Shown piece by piece: positions 48,630 to 62,050 of a stretch of 64,000 nt of DNA; positions within the stretch are counted from its first letter, which is position 1; every line of letters starts with the position of its first letter. The stretch lies in the NCBI RefSeq assembly GCF_018350175.1, contig NC_058368.1:3472001-3536000 (forward strand), written 5' to 3'. The notes beneath the pieces were generated by a model. It saw only the letters and a list, made by a program, of their open reading frames with translations, searched no databases and was not told where the DNA came from. The stretch comes from Felis catus (lineage: Eukaryota). The position numbers were made by a program, and so were the translations under genes.

Positions 48630-50879
48630 TTATGGAATTTCTAACATGTTAATCTCATAAAGTTCATAGAAGTGAAGGGTCTGCCTTTCTTTTCTTCAAA
48701 ACGTGTGCTTCCCATATAATCTAATGGAATTACGTCTGCCGTGTCCGTGTGTGTGCGCGTGCGTAAAAGCAGCCTCATCAGGCACGTGGAGAAGGCTTTC
48801 AACCAAATGGATAAATCCGAGACCCGAAGTGTTGACGCCCTTACCCCGCAGAGCGAGGTTATCATTTATGGGCTGTTTGGATTTCTTGCACCCAGCAGTA
48901 GGGAGCAGAACTGTGTTCCACCTTCCCTGTGCTTGCATTTGTGAAACGTCGCTCCGAAGATTCCTTGAGAAGGTAAAATTTTTACTTGATTCAATACATT
49001 AGCACATTAATTTTGAAGTGGGTATTTTTCCTTTCTGATGCATCCGTGTCAACGGTAGGTACTTGTCAGGATGCTGCCGTGTGGCTAGCTCCTTGAAACG
49101 GTTGATAACAAACAGGGGTCCGAGAAAAGGGTTACTTTTCAAACGCCAGCCAGGATACGTAGGAGCCTGGCTAGGCCAACGCCACCCGATGGCCTGTTTT
49201 GAAAAGGAGGGGATCCTGACATCGACTTGACCACACATTGTGATTCCCAGAGCACAGCCTGATCAGAGTGTTGGAGGGAGGGGTGAGTGCATAAGGGTGA
49301 GATTTTCCTTGGAGGGCTTATTTACAGATGGAAAGGGGAATTAAATAAAATTCTGAACTGCTTCTATATATGGAGTTCCCACTGATGGAAAGGGGGGTTT
49401 TGGACATTAAGGACTGTGCGTTGCTCAGTAAAGTTCCTCCAGGGGGAGGTGGGTCCAAGATCCTGGCATTTCACAAACAGCCTGAAACACAGTTCCGTAG
49501 AGGAAAATGAAGCCCAATTCAGGAGGGAGCGCTGTATTTTTGTCTCCTCAATTGCTTGCGATTTTTAAATGATTTGTCTTCATCTTAACGTATTTATGGT
49601 AAACTATGGCATCCTCGCATCTATTTATAGAGTTAGCACATCAGTCTAAACACCAGGGTAGGATCTGTTTCTGAAGCGTGGAGACCTGCCTTCAGATGAT
49701 GGGTGACGTGTCTCAAATCCACGCCAACGTGTGACACAAAGTGCTCCTGGAAAGGCCAAAATGTTAAAAGACTATTGGAAAGCACACATATGGTTTTTGA
49801 AAGAACAGGGAGAAAGAAACAGAACATTTCCATGCAGAGAAAGTCTCCAGCAGAAAGGACTTCGTTTCCATAAAACTTCTCTGGCCAGACCGAAACCTGA
49901 GTTGGGTTTATTTGCTAGGGATGCCCATGATCGCTATGCAGCCGGAGTGATTACTGGGGTTACCTGTCCCCCCCCACAATGCGGTGAGGATCTCAAGCGG
50001 CTCCTGGGGCAAATAAATGTCAGTTTACTCCACTCTAAAAGGGGAAGAAGAGGCGTCCAGCTTGGTGCTTTCCTTAACCCCCCGCCCACCACTTCCCCGC
50101 GGCTCTGTCTTCAGACCTCGGGCTTCTATCTGTAAGTCCTAATGGGACATAACAAACGAAGCGAACCCCCTGAGGCCGTGTCGCTCCCGCTCACGTTTGT
50201 AATGACTTTAAAATGTGTGGCTGCGTCTTGAGAAAGAACAGACCTTGACATAATATCCGTTATCAGACGCCGGTAATTGACATAGAGAAAGGCTGCACTT
50301 TAGACTGGGTTGTAATGAATCTGCTCCCCGACCTCCAAGCCTGCGGTTCTGAGCAATTCACGACTCAGGTCCTGATGCTTTGTCAACCACTTCGGGAGGA
50401 ATGAATTCCGAATGAGGTACTTATGACGGATTTCATCACCTGTTTACCTTCAGTGATCAGGTGCCCTCCTTTCATTTACCAGAAAGATTTTTTTTTTTTT
50501 CTGAAGCTACTGTCTGTTGCAAAGGCCTCTGGTCTGAAGTGGTGATAAAGTAACACACACCTGCGGAAACTCGGCTCTTTGGACGCCTACCGGTTCGAGA
50601 AAGAAAACGAGTTTCCTAAGGAGGAGGAAAAAAAAAAAAAGCTTGAAAGCTCGTGATCTCCTCGATTAGTGTGTTTTGCTTCTCAAATAGGGATCGCCAA
50701 GAAAGTTAATCCATCAGAGATAAATTCTCACAATTTAGAATCCACACTGAAGCAAGAATACCATATCATCTGTGATGCACCCCACACCTCTACGTAAGAT
50801 GGGATCACAGGGATATCATATCAGAGAAAGATTAAAAGAGCAGATCCCAGCCCCATATGACTTCAGTGACCCTGAATAA

Positions 50880-51093
50880 TTTTTAAAAAATTAGTTAAGT
50901 GTATTTCTTTTGAGTGAGAGAAAGAGAGAATGGGCAGGGGAGGGGCAGCGAGAGAGGGAGAGAAAATCCTCAGCGGGCTCCGCACCATCAGCATAGAGCC
51001 CTATACGGGGCTCGAGCTCACAAACTACAAGATCGTGACTTGAGCCAAAACTGAGGGCCAGGCACTTAACCAACTGAGCCACACAGACACCCC
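50880..51093 (-). mobile_element. CanSINE (older)
   Basis: Reverse head CACTTAACCAACTGAGCCAC..CACCCC and a (GA)n tract. Confidence 0.93.
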
Positions 51094-51475
51094 TCCCCTA
51101 CTTCATTTTTAATTTCCTTATCCCCGAAGTGGAAAAGCAAATGTCTTTCCCATTCGATTGTTGTGCAAATAAGACAAAATTAGAAAACGGTTTTACCCCT
51201 TCCAGCACTGAGTAAGGGGTCCTAAATATCATTTTCCTTTCTCTTTCATTTGAACAGCTATTTGCATTCAGCCTAACCTATCTCAAATCAATAGATTTAT
51301 GTGCTACAGGGAGTAGAAAAACACCATTAACCAACCATAATAACCAAACTGCTATAACATGAGGTAGAAGAAAGCGAGCAATTTCTTTTCAGAAATTTAC
51401 TCGCTATTTATTTAAACCTTAGATTTATCTTCTTTTTTCCTTCTTCATTCATTGTCATATAAAAATATTATATTA

Positions 51476-51694
51476 GGGGCGCCTGGGTGGCGCGGTCCGT
51501 TAAGCGTCCGACTTCAGCCAGGTCACGATCTCACGGTCCGTGAGTTCGAGCCCCGCGTCAGGCTCTGGGCTGATGGCTCAGAGCCTGGAGCCTGTTTCCG
51601 ATTCTGTGTCTCCCTCTCTCTCTGCCCCTCCCCCGTTCATGCTCTGTCTCTCTCTGTCTCAAAAATAAATAAACATTAAAAAATTTTTTTTTTT
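51476..51694 (+). mobile_element. Young felid CanSINE (SINEC_Fc-type)
   Basis: Near-consensus and CpG-rich. TSD AAATATTATATTA at 51463-51475 and 51695-51707. Confidence 0.98.
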
Positions 51695-51869
51695 AAATAT
51701 TATATTAAATCTCATAAATTCTAGTTTAACATATCCCAGTCTCTAATCCTAATGTAATTCGCCCCTGACAAAATCGCAGTGGCTTACAATTACCTACCAC
51801 ACAGAATCTAAGCTCGGCCTGGTTGGAGAAGCTTGTGCATTTACTCACTACCCGGGAAGACACTAAAGT

Positions 51870-52390
51870 TACATGTGACAGGAACTCGACCCCAGTCAGC
51901 TTTGACTGGTAGGGAACATGTCGGCTCCCTGACCTAAGAAGGGAGCGAATCTGTCTCAGGCATGGCGGGATTCAGGAACGCAGATGATTTCCTGAAGAAT
52001 CTTTCTCTTCTTCAGCTCTAGGCTCTGTTTTCCATTTTCTCTGCTTCCTTTTCCGGTAGGCCCTCTCCATAGCATGGTAAAGTTGCCCATTTGCAGTTCC
52101 AGGCTTATAATATCCCTTACAGCTAGCAAATCTGGTGAGAAGAAATCATCCTTTGTTTCCCCATGAAACTCTAGGAAAAACCTGTGGAGGGTTGTGACTG
52201 GTCATGCGGGATTATGTCGTCATCCTTGAACCAATCGCTGTGGCCAAGTTGATAGAGGATGCCGATAAGCCAAGCTAACTTTCTGTGGCCACTTCCATGG
52301 CTACAAGGGAAGGAGGTCAAGTACATCAAACACATAGAATGTGGTGGGATTTTTTGTGTTGTTGTTTGTTTGTTTTTTTACCAAAAAGAT
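51870..52390. mobile_element. Old MaLR (MLT1J/K-like) LTR
   Basis: TGTGACTGGTCATG..CATCCTTGAACCAATCGCTGTGGCCAAG core motif. Confidence 0.6.
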
Positions 52391-53009
52391 GCATTTGGTT
52401 ACAAGGAAAATCACGGAAGAGAAAAACAAGCATGATGAGGAATCCATTATGCTGTTCCTCCTGCCAACTGATGTCAAGTGGCTAAACTGGCCAGGTTCGT
52501 GTATCCATTCTTACTTGGATACCGCGTCTCTGGAGTAGGGCGTGATGGCCTTTGGCTACTTTCATTCAGTGTGTCAGCCTGTGTCTCCCTGAATCTCTCC
52601 TGTGACCTCCATTTTTACAGGTCGCCCTCGTCTCTCCCCTGGTTTCTAAATCCTCATCCCTCTTTACACTGGGGACTCTGTGTCTCTCTGATCAATGGCT
52701 TCTTTGAACTCTTCAGCCGATTCCCATACAAGGCTGATATTATTAGGCTACTTGTTCCCTGTCACCCTAGTTGCCTCAATTTACCTTGTTCGGCCTGATT
52801 TCTGAGGAAGCCACATAGACTTCCCCCAAACTACCCTCCACCTTATTTCTTACTGCTGTCCGGTGTCCACAAGTGTATGTGTTCAATGACAGACTCTATT
52901 CTGAGTATTTTTTTCCTAACTTATTTTGGGTTCCTTTTCTGTGACTTTCAATAAAGAGTCTAAGCTGATGTATTTTTTAATTTCTAGCTCCTCTGTTCAT
53001 AGTGTTCTT

Positions 53010-53650
53010 TTTCCTCTTTTTATTTGTTTAAATTCTAGTTAGTTAACCTACAGTATGGGTTTCAGCAGTAGAAGTCAGTGATTCATCACTTACATATAAC
53101 ACCCAGTGCTCATCCCAACAAGTGCCCTCTTCAATGCCCATCACCCATTTAACCCATCTCCCCCCCCCGCCCGCCACTCCCCCTCCAGCAACCCTCAGTT
53201 TGTTCTTTGTATTTAAGGGTCCCTTATGGCTTGCCTCCTTCTGTTTTGATCTATTTCTGCTTCCCTTCCCCTATGTCCATCTGTTGTGTTTCTTAAATTC
53301 CACACATGAGTGAAATCATATGCTATTTGTCTTTCTCTGCCTGACTTATTTCGCTTAGCAGAATACACTCCGGTTCCATCCGCGCTGTTGCAAATGGCAA
53401 GATTTCGTTCTTTTTGATTGCCGACTAATACTCCATTGTATATACATACCACATCTTCTTTATCCATTCATCAGTCCGTGGACATTTGGGCTCTTTCCAC
53501 AATTCAGCTAGTGTTGAGAGCCCTGCTACAAACATCGGGGTGCGTGTGCCCCTTCGAATCAGCATTTTTGTATCCTTTGGCTAAACGTCTAGCAGTGCAA
53601 TTGCTGAGTCATCGGGTAGCTCTATTTTTAAGTTTTTGAGGCACACCCAT
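53010..53650 (-). mobile_element. 5'-truncated carnivore LINE-1 (3'UTR and ORF2 end)
   Basis: GATTCATCACTTACATATAACACCCAGTGCTCATCCCAACAAGTGCCC is an L1_Carn-type 3' end. The minus-strand ORF MDKEDVVCIYNG is an ORF2-end frame. Confidence 0.95.
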
Positions 53651-54399
53651 ATTTTTATAACTGTCTCCCACGCACCCTATTCCCTGACTTTGAACTTTAG
53701 TATTACTCAACAGGCCACAGAGCCATGGCAAACTGGGAAATAGCATGGACTTGTATTTCGAAGGCACTGATTCAGGGACTAACTCTAACACTTATAATCA
53801 GATGATTTCTTGCAAGTCAGCCCCCATTAGAATACCCATCCTCAGGGAGCTGGCGCGACACCCAGATAAGGTCTTGGATGTCTGCCAACTGCAAATATTG
53901 TTCAATGGCGTGTTCCAGTGTTTTATAGCCGTTATTGCTTACTTCACCTACTTGCTTTCGTGATGCTCGCGTTTTGCTTCTTCACCCAACTTAGACATAT
54001 TCGAGAGAAAAGACCATGATTTCCCAGCTGTATTCTGGTGGCATAACTTTAGGAACAGGGTAGATTCTCAGTGAGTATTTATCCCGCGCTTGGCTCTGAA
54101 ATGCAATTTAAGGAGAAATAGTTGGCAGTTTCGATCCTTTAAATCTGAATGCCAACCCTATTATCGGCATAATCTAGCTCCAAAATCAGATCTTATCATT
54201 CAGGCAAAATGGGATAGATGAACAGAATTCCATCTACGTAAAACTGGCCAAAGGGGGCTATTAATTCATTTTCTTTTGAAAAATATGGAGGAGGAAAGGC
54301 AATTTCAGTACAAAAATAATTACCTGGTATGTCATTCTAAAGCGGGGAATGTGTGCTGAGCCTGTAATTCATTTTGGATTCAAGGAATGGATTATATTC

Positions 54400-54630
54400 A
54401 CCTAATCTTCCATCCTTCTGCCGTATCAAGCAGAGAAACCCAATGGGACAGACAGACAGACAGAAGGCAGACACAGTAACAAGATCTGAAAACATCATTT
54501 TCATGAATGTAAGTTTTGGTCTAGTTGTCCCTGAATTTCAACTGCTTTCCTGTCTTATGTTTCACCGGACACCCCAGCATCCTTGTAGTAAATTCTCTAT
54601 TTACTTAAGATAATTTGAATTGGATAAAAA
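54400..54630 (+). mobile_element. Old MaLR LTR 3' fragment
   Basis: ..CTAGTTGTCCCTGAA..TAAATTCTCTATTTACTTAAGATAATTTGAATTGG resembles the MLT1 U5 end. Confidence 0.45.
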
Positions 54631-54859
54631 TAAGCCTCGGTAAGTGGTTTCATGATGCCATTTCCACCATATGAAACAAATAGAAACTCCACCACTCTTC
54701 ACCCCAGCAAGGAAAACAAAACATTAGGTTTATGTTATTAGGGTAAAGATTAGGAAGAAAAAGGTGAGGGCAATTTTATCTCTGTGTAGAGTGGGCACTT
54801 ACTGGGGGAGAGAAGAGAATTTTCGACTCACTAGGAAACTAGTATCTTTTCTCACAGAT

Positions 54860-55300
54860 TGTAGTGATTGAGTCCAGACTCCCAAACTGCCCTCTCGGAT
54901 TTGAACCAAATCCCAGCATGGTGACATAAGCAGTGTGTCACCACTGACAAATCATATAACCTCTCTGTGCCTCCTTTTCCTCTTGGTAAATGCAAACTAT
55001 AGTAGAATCTACCACAGAGAGTTGCCGTGAAAGTTAAGTGCTGAAATGGACCCTACAGTCTTTACTTATGATTATTTTAGAGGGGGTGGAGGCACACAAG
55101 TAAGAGAGGGGCAGAGAGAGAGAGAACATCTTAAGCAGGCTCCACACTTAGCATGGAGCCTGACACAGGGCTCCCATGACCTTGGGATCAGGACCCGAGC
55201 CCAAATCAAGAGTCAGACACCCAACCGACCGAGCCACCCAAGTGCCCCTGGACCTAACATTCTTACAATAGGGCCCTGCATATGGTAATGTTCAGCAGCT
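54860..55300 (+). mobile_element. MIR interrupted by a CanSINE
   Basis: MIR core TAACCTCTCTGTGCCTC..TCTACCACAGAGAGTTGCCGTGA. It resumes after 55250 (CTTACAATAGGGCCCTGCATATGGTAA). Confidence 0.7.
55062..55248 (-). mobile_element. CanSINE (older)
   Basis: Reverse head GAGCCACCCAAGTGCCCC. Diverged TSD TGGACC..ACA.TCTT. Confidence 0.9.
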
Positions 55301-57439
55301 GTATTTGTTTTTATGAAGTGAAAGTAGGGATTTTTGCAGAGTTGAAGTTAGCAGTCTTCTCTTAAAAATAGAATAACAGAATTGAAGTGTATGTTCAGTC
55401 TGTTCGAGCTGCTCCCATATCAGCTCAGCTGAACCTGAGCATTTCTTCTTTTAGTGACCAGCTTTTGCAGTGTATCTGCCATCCCTGCATGCGGTGGAAC
55501 TTGCACTTGGCCCCATTTCATCCATCGCGTCCACTCAGTTTTCTCATTGCTGCCTATTGTCCTGTGCCTTCTACATCCTTAGCCCTGTACAATGACCACT
55601 GACATTCCGATCTCTGGCACTGCACCACCTAGAACTGCTAAAGAAAATTGAACTATTTCTTTGGCTAAACTTGACTTACCACAAAATAAATATGCGTTGG
55701 TATTGAATAGGAAGGCGTTTGTTTGTTTTTGATTTTGTTTTTGTTTTCGTGGTCAAGGCCGAGTGAAACAACACAACGTAAAGAACACCGTCTTACTTAT
55801 TCATGTAGGACCTCAAGTTTCAATTAATGGAAGTCCTCCTTCTATAAACCGTCCAAATCGTGACCAAGTATTTCCTTATCCATCCGTCATCGTAGCCACT
55901 TATTAACAACCTATCAATTAAATTTATTTATCACTCCCTAAGATTGATAGTCCCTATACACTGTGCCCATCCGTATCCCAAATCGTGCTTACCCCAAGTT
56001 GGGGACGACTATAAAGAAGGTTTCATTCAATTATTCCATTTTAGTAGATGCTAGCATTTCTGGTAAAGGCGTTGGGTGTGGTAGAATAGTGCAGCTAGGG
56101 AGGGCTAAAATAAGGCCTGTTGATTTCATTTAATTATATTATTCCTTTCATTATGAACAGGGGAAATTAGGTGCTAACCGGAGAATCTGAATCATGAAGA
56201 ATGACCTCTAAAAAAAAGCGCTTTTGAAAACTCTAATTTGATGTCTTGGTTGAAAGATGTTAAAAGTCAAATAAACACTAGGCTCTTTCAGGCGAAATAT
56301 TAAAATATCATCTAGCTAGCAAAAGCACTCTTTAAAACAGCATGCCAATGACACACTAATAAATCTATTTTCTTGATATTTGTTTCTTCTACAAATAAAG
56401 CTAATGCAGTCTTTTCAAAGTAGTTCTGACCAAATGGCCTCGAAACTCCTTTTCTATATGCTTCTGCACCATGGCACGTAGAGACCTCGTTCTGGCAACC
56501 ATTTTCAACTTATCTCAGATTCAACCAGGAAAGACCCCCTAACAAAATAAGTACAGATGGTGGTCTGAAAACGAAATGGTGGCATATTAACTTAGCTTTG
56601 AAAAGTTACTCATTTGTGTCTTACTTTAACATAGTGACAAGCTAGTATGTTTCTCCTAACAAGTTATGTGAAGTAGAAATATTCACTCGGTATTTTTTAC
56701 ACATATCTTCTGTGTATACCTATAGGGCTGTCACCTTCTAAAGAGAGAAAATAATTTTTCTCCTTTCTAAACCTGTGTCCAGTATTCCATATTGTCAGCC
56801 ATACTTACATTCTCAGACATTTCAAAGTCATTAGAACCCATGATCTGCTAATAGAGAAAATGACTTTCATTTCTTTGTGGTCATTCATGCGACAGAGCCA
56901 GCTGACTTCGTGAGGGTTGCATCCAACACTGAGTACAAATTTCTAGCCTACAAGCTATAGTATGGGTCCTCTGGAAGGCCATAGGAACTGAACAGCTTTA
57001 CCAGAAAGGATTTCCTGCTGGTTCCTGGTCATCATTTAAAAGAAATTAAGTGAACTGGAAAGACTGGTTTTTCTCACTTACTCCAGTCTTTCATAAAGAA
57101 GTCTGTCCTCAACACCAAGCCTTCACCCGACCCCAGTCTCAATACATCAGTGACATTTTCCCCGGTAACCGTTTCTGTGAGAATTTTTTAATATTAACTT
57201 CTTCACAGAATAAGAAAAACCATGAAACCAAATGTCATGATTAACTATGTCAAGAAATAGTTTAACATGAACTCTGCTTTAAACTCATAGAAGAAGGCTT
57301 GTTCCAGATGACTTTACACACAACTTTTAACAAAAGTCGAACAATTCTAGGATCTCAATGGATACCAGATACACCTGTCTCATCTGGACTAAGGTTGTTG
57401 GCTCAATCCTAAAGTCTACAGAAAAATAAACTGTGAAAG

Positions 57440-57600
57440 CAACGGATCTGTAGTTATGAGATGTGAATTTGCCAAGTTTGCCCCTGTGCCCTAAAAAATT
57501 AACTTGTCCGGGTTCAAGATTTCTTATCTCCACCCCCTGCCCCATCTAAGTAAGTCTAGACTGGATGCACGATTGACACAACATTTTTAGCATCTACCAC
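57440..57600 (-). mobile_element. MIR fragment
   Basis: GAGATGTGAATTTGCCAAG..GGGTTCAA..AAGTAAGTCTAGACT..TTTTAGCATCTAC. Diverged. Confidence 0.4.
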
Positions 57601-59106
57601 TCTTTACATTATCTTTCTTCCACTATAGCAGCTGTGTCTTCAAGTACTTTTGGGCTTAAGGGCTTGTGATTATTAATAATAAGAACCCACTGTTTCATTA
57701 ATCAATGGTTGATACGAGTCTTGCTACCTAACTAATCAAGTTTTCCTATGAGGATGAAATAACCATTGCCACCACCAATCATCAGTATAATTTTAATCAA
57801 AAGCAAAAAGTCTTGGTATTTGGAGTAGTTTGAGCTGCATTAGCCCTATGGAGCTTAGAAACCTCCTCCCAACTGTTCTGGGAGCTATTTCAGCAGATGA
57901 CCTCTCAGATTCTAACTGGAATGTTCAATCATTCACAACCAACTTGACAAAGCAACATTATGGCTACAAAGTATAATCCTGGGTATCAACTTTAAAAGTG
58001 AAATACATTAGGCTATGTCATCAATTACATAAATTACAAGGGTGGCAAACAGATTTTTTAACTGTTTCTTCCCTTTAACTGGTTCACTATGGTATCGTTC
58101 TATTGAATTTCAGGAGGGAGAACCCGCAATCCACATTCAAAGACAATGTGCCATTCTATTGGGCACACGTATCAGGAATCAGTCACATTTATGGAACACC
58201 TTTAAGACCACATCCAGTTGCAAGAGTACAACCTATGTCCTCCTACAAACTATTTGGACAAACAAGATAGAGCTGGATTTAAAAAAATCTAAGAATAGAG
58301 GGAAATAAATTGTCAGGGTCCATTAATTAAGACAGTGATTGCTTTCATCATTGGGTTAAGAGCAGTAAGAGTTTGCTTGGGCCATCAGAGAAGTTTTCAG
58401 GCCCAAGGCAGAATCAAATCACCAAGGACTAACTGTAACAATTCTTTACAACTCAGAAGGGCTGAGGGAAGGAGCTCACTCATCCAGATCCTGTATCTGT
58501 TTTTAGATGGAATAGTCAAACATAATGGTAGGGACAGAAAACATTTTTTTTTTCTTTAATTGAACTAGCATATTCAGGAGGACTCAAAAGGTGACAACCT
58601 TTGTAACTCAGATTATCTGCAAAAGTCCATGGAACAGAGGAAAACGTTTGCACAGATCATTCGTTTGAAAAAAGAGGACTTTTCCCCTTTTACATTTATT
58701 AAGAAGGTAGCAGAAAGCGGGAACTAAGAGGCACATAAAGAAAATAGTTTGTGAGTCTAGCGATTTTTATCACAGACACCAGCAGTAGGGCAGTTTCCTG
58801 AGAGTGTCCTAGAAGAAGCATGGAAGGAAATTTATATGAAAATACTGGTGTATTTCCCAGATGTTTCCATGTCTAGACAGTTAGTGAACAGAGATGAATA
58901 TCTTTAGTCTTACTTCATGTACCAAAAATCTCCTCCTTTTAAAATGTCTGCCTAGATGTCCAGAGCGGGCGTGCCTTCAGAGTGATATTCAAAGTATGAC
59001 TCAAACAATAGGAAGCTAAAATGGATTAATCTATTTTTTGTGTTGTGTTTTTATAAGGACAGCTGATAATTTCCTTGGTATCAAGACTTGTCAAAAAGGA
59101 AAAGAG

Positions 59107-59110
<4 letters not shown>

Positions 59111-59154
<44 letters not shown>
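59111..59154. repeat. (GAAA)11 tetranucleotide microsatellite
   Basis: Perfect run. Confidence 0.98.
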
Positions 59155-59156
<2 letters not shown>

Positions 59157-59902
59157 AGGAAAATGAAAATAGTTGATCTGGTTTTGTTGCCTGAGCCGAA
59201 AGCTGATTGTCAAATGCTGTTTTTAAAATCCGACTTTGTCTGAATTTTTCTGTGGCATTAGAACAGCAATGTTTCCCGTTTCCTCGCTGTCATTCAGAGC
59301 TCAGTTGAATTCCAAGATGGGAAGAGACCAAGAATTCAACTAGTCAACTGTAGGGAGCCATGATGGAGAGCACTGAGTGGTTTTCAGTGGGCAAATAACC
59401 TCCCTCATCCAACAGCCAGCATGCACTCTGTAGTTATTTTGAAAATGTTAAGACTGTCCCAGCCCAGTCCGAGAAGGAACATGTTAAGTACAGAGATACA
59501 GACGTGTGTCCTCTAGTGAGAAATCATCGTCACCTTTTCAGGGTGGCATAGGATGTCCATGGTCATTTATGAAGGGAACTGCTTTGGTTCACTGTAGCTA
59601 AAACAGTAAGTCAATCAAGGAAAAATTATTTGTGGGGAAGGGCAGAGTTGAGTTAGTTTGTGGGAAATTTAAGCCTGAGGAAAGAACAGTATCACTGTTG
59701 CATCCCTGACAACCCAGCAGACAATTCTAGTTACTTCTGCATTTAGATTTTCATTCAGGGACCATAACAAGGTATTTCCTTGTGGATTTTGCTCGTGGAG
59801 GTATCACACATCTAATGACACCTGCTCAGAGGTGTTCACAGCTTGAAAACACTTCCTTCATACATCTAGCCAAAGACTCTATTCTTAAAAATATCTGTGT
59901 TT

Positions 59903-60102
59903 AGGGGCACCTGGGGGGCTCGGTCACTTAAGCATCTGATTCTTGGTTTTGGCTCAGGTCATGATCTCACAGTTTATGGGATCCACCACTGCACCGGGCT
60001 TTGCACTGACAGCACGGAGCCTGCTTGGGATTCTCTCTTTCTCTCTCCCTCTTTCTCTCTCTGCCTCCCTCTCTCTCTCAAAATAAATAAACATTTAAAA
60101 AA
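59903..60102 (+). mobile_element. CanSINE
   Basis: Head, CT tract and tail. TSD ATATCTG(T/C)GTTTA. Confidence 0.95.
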
Positions 60103-60512
60103 TATATATCTGCGTTTAACCTAGGCATCTTAATTAATGGCAGCACTCTACAAAATGGCTTCTTAGTGTCTCAGATGCTAAGTGGAGCCTGATTCCAAGG
60201 TCCAAATTTCAAGCCAAAGCTCTCAGATAAACCTAAGTCGAGTGAACGGGAAAGACAATCGACCAATGGTTGCCCATTTATTTAGTTGAGCTGCATTTTT
60301 TAAAAATTTCAAATTTGCTGCTGTCATAGAAGCGATCAACATGAATAAATAGACACAAAGAAAAAATATCAATATAATAATTCTAAATTTTAAAATTCTT
60401 CTAGGACTATAGCATTATATGGGAATTTTTACAGTATGTTAGAGCATTTCCTCTCCAAGTTCCTTTCTTAATTAATCTAAGAGGCCGGGAATTTGTGACC
60501 TCTGGACTAGAG

Positions 60513-60697
60513 CAGTGTCTCTCAAATTCAGCACTATGAACATTTTGTTGGATGATTTTGTTGTTGTTTAGCAGCCTCTCTGGCATTTTACCCACTAGTT
60601 ACCGGTAACACTAGCTGCCATTCACAACCCAAAATGCCTCCAGATATTGCCAAAGGTCCCCTGGAGGGCAAAACCAGCCACCAGATGAGAAACACTG
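60513..60697. mobile_element. MER20-like hAT-Charlie fossil
   Basis: TIRs CAGTGTCTCTCA / TGAGAAACACTG. Internal TACCCACTAG..CCAAAATGCCTCCAGATATTGCCAAAGGTCCCCTGG. Confidence 0.88.
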
Positions 60698-61427
60698 AAG
60701 AATTTTGAAATATACTTTTTAAATGATACCTCCTACCCCCTTGCCCCGTACCCCAGTTATAGTTCAGTAAAGATTATAAATAAGCCTGTCATCCCCAATT
60801 GGTACCAAAATGTGCTTTGCTACGAAACGATATCTGATAAAACTTCAATAGAATGAAGAACCATTAAGCTTCCTCTTTCACTTATTCATTTACATCCTGG
60901 ATATTTGATCATATTGTAACGCTGTCTGACGTTTCTTTGGATCTTTGCTGTTTTTGTTACCTTTTTCGTGCACGGCTTTTTGAAGAACAAAAGCCACATA
61001 AGTCCGTCAGGCTTTATCGGTTTGTTCTGAATCGCACCTACGTTTTCACTGTGAAAGATTGATTTAGAACCTGTGAATTATATTTTGTTTTGCCAGCAAG
61101 TATAGACGCTTTTCTTTGTCTGTTTTAAGATAAGTAATTAAGTGGTTCAAACTATGTAACAGGCATTACCTCCACGTCCAGCAACAATCAAACACCACTG
61201 AGAAATAAGGCAGCGATGGTCTGTGGTGTTTTCAGTGGGGCCAGCCACCATCCTTTGCGACGATCCTTTGCATGGCGAAGTTGACCACACCATAAAACCC
61301 TGGAATTGAGCTAGTGTTGTACTTTGGCAATTAATAAAAATGTCTGTGTGTGGTCAAGGCAGCGATGACTCCTGTTGAAATTAATGCTGACTTGAGTAAT
61401 CAGCATGGACTGCAAGTAGGGATTTTA

Positions 61428-61632
61428 TTTTCTTTTAATGTTTATTTGATTTTGAGAGACACAGAGCACGAGCGGGGGAGGAGCAGAGAGAGGGGGAGAC
61501 ACAGAATCTGAAACAGGCTCCAGGCTCTGAGCTGTCGGCACAGAGCCAACCGGGGGGTCTTGAACTCAGACCGTGAGATCATGACCCGAGCGGAAGCCTG
61601 ACCCTCAACCGACTAAGCCACCCAGGTGCCCC
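61428..61632 (-). mobile_element. CanSINE
   Basis: Reverse head CCACCCAGGTGCCCC. TSD core GTAGGGATTTTA on both sides. Confidence 0.96.
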
Positions 61633-62050
61633 TGTGGGTAGGGATTTTAAACCGTCTGGCTTCCTATCGTTGATCCAGGAGACAAGGGAGGAGCAGAGCT
61701 GGGGGAGGGGCGTGAAGCATGCTGGGAACTGAGCATCTCTGTAGGTCCCACTGCGCTCCAGCCTCCCCATCCCAAGATGGGACGTTCTTCAGGATTTAGA
61801 CTCCCCACTCGTGACATCCCTCTCACCATTTTTCAGCTCAAAATCATCCCCCAAACACTTCTTTTCCGATTGTTACTTTTTTGAAATACAGATGAACCCA
61901 AGTTTCCGGGTGATATTTACTGAAACTACACATAAACTTGCATATGGCTTTATTCCCAAATTTATTCATAGTAATTAATATGACTTCATTTTCTGATTAT
62001 GTGATATTAAAAATGCTTAAGTACCAATGTTGTATAAAAATGCAACCCCA

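Noticed and set aside
48703..49002. 99-aa ORF ending near a GAG-AAG|GTAAAA donor-like site
   Set aside because: There is no good upstream acceptor and no recognisable protein similarity.
52560..52970. Pyrimidine-rich segment ending in AATAAA (possible LTR or retrocopy 3'UTR)
   Set aside because: There is no poly(A), TSD or family motif I can identify.
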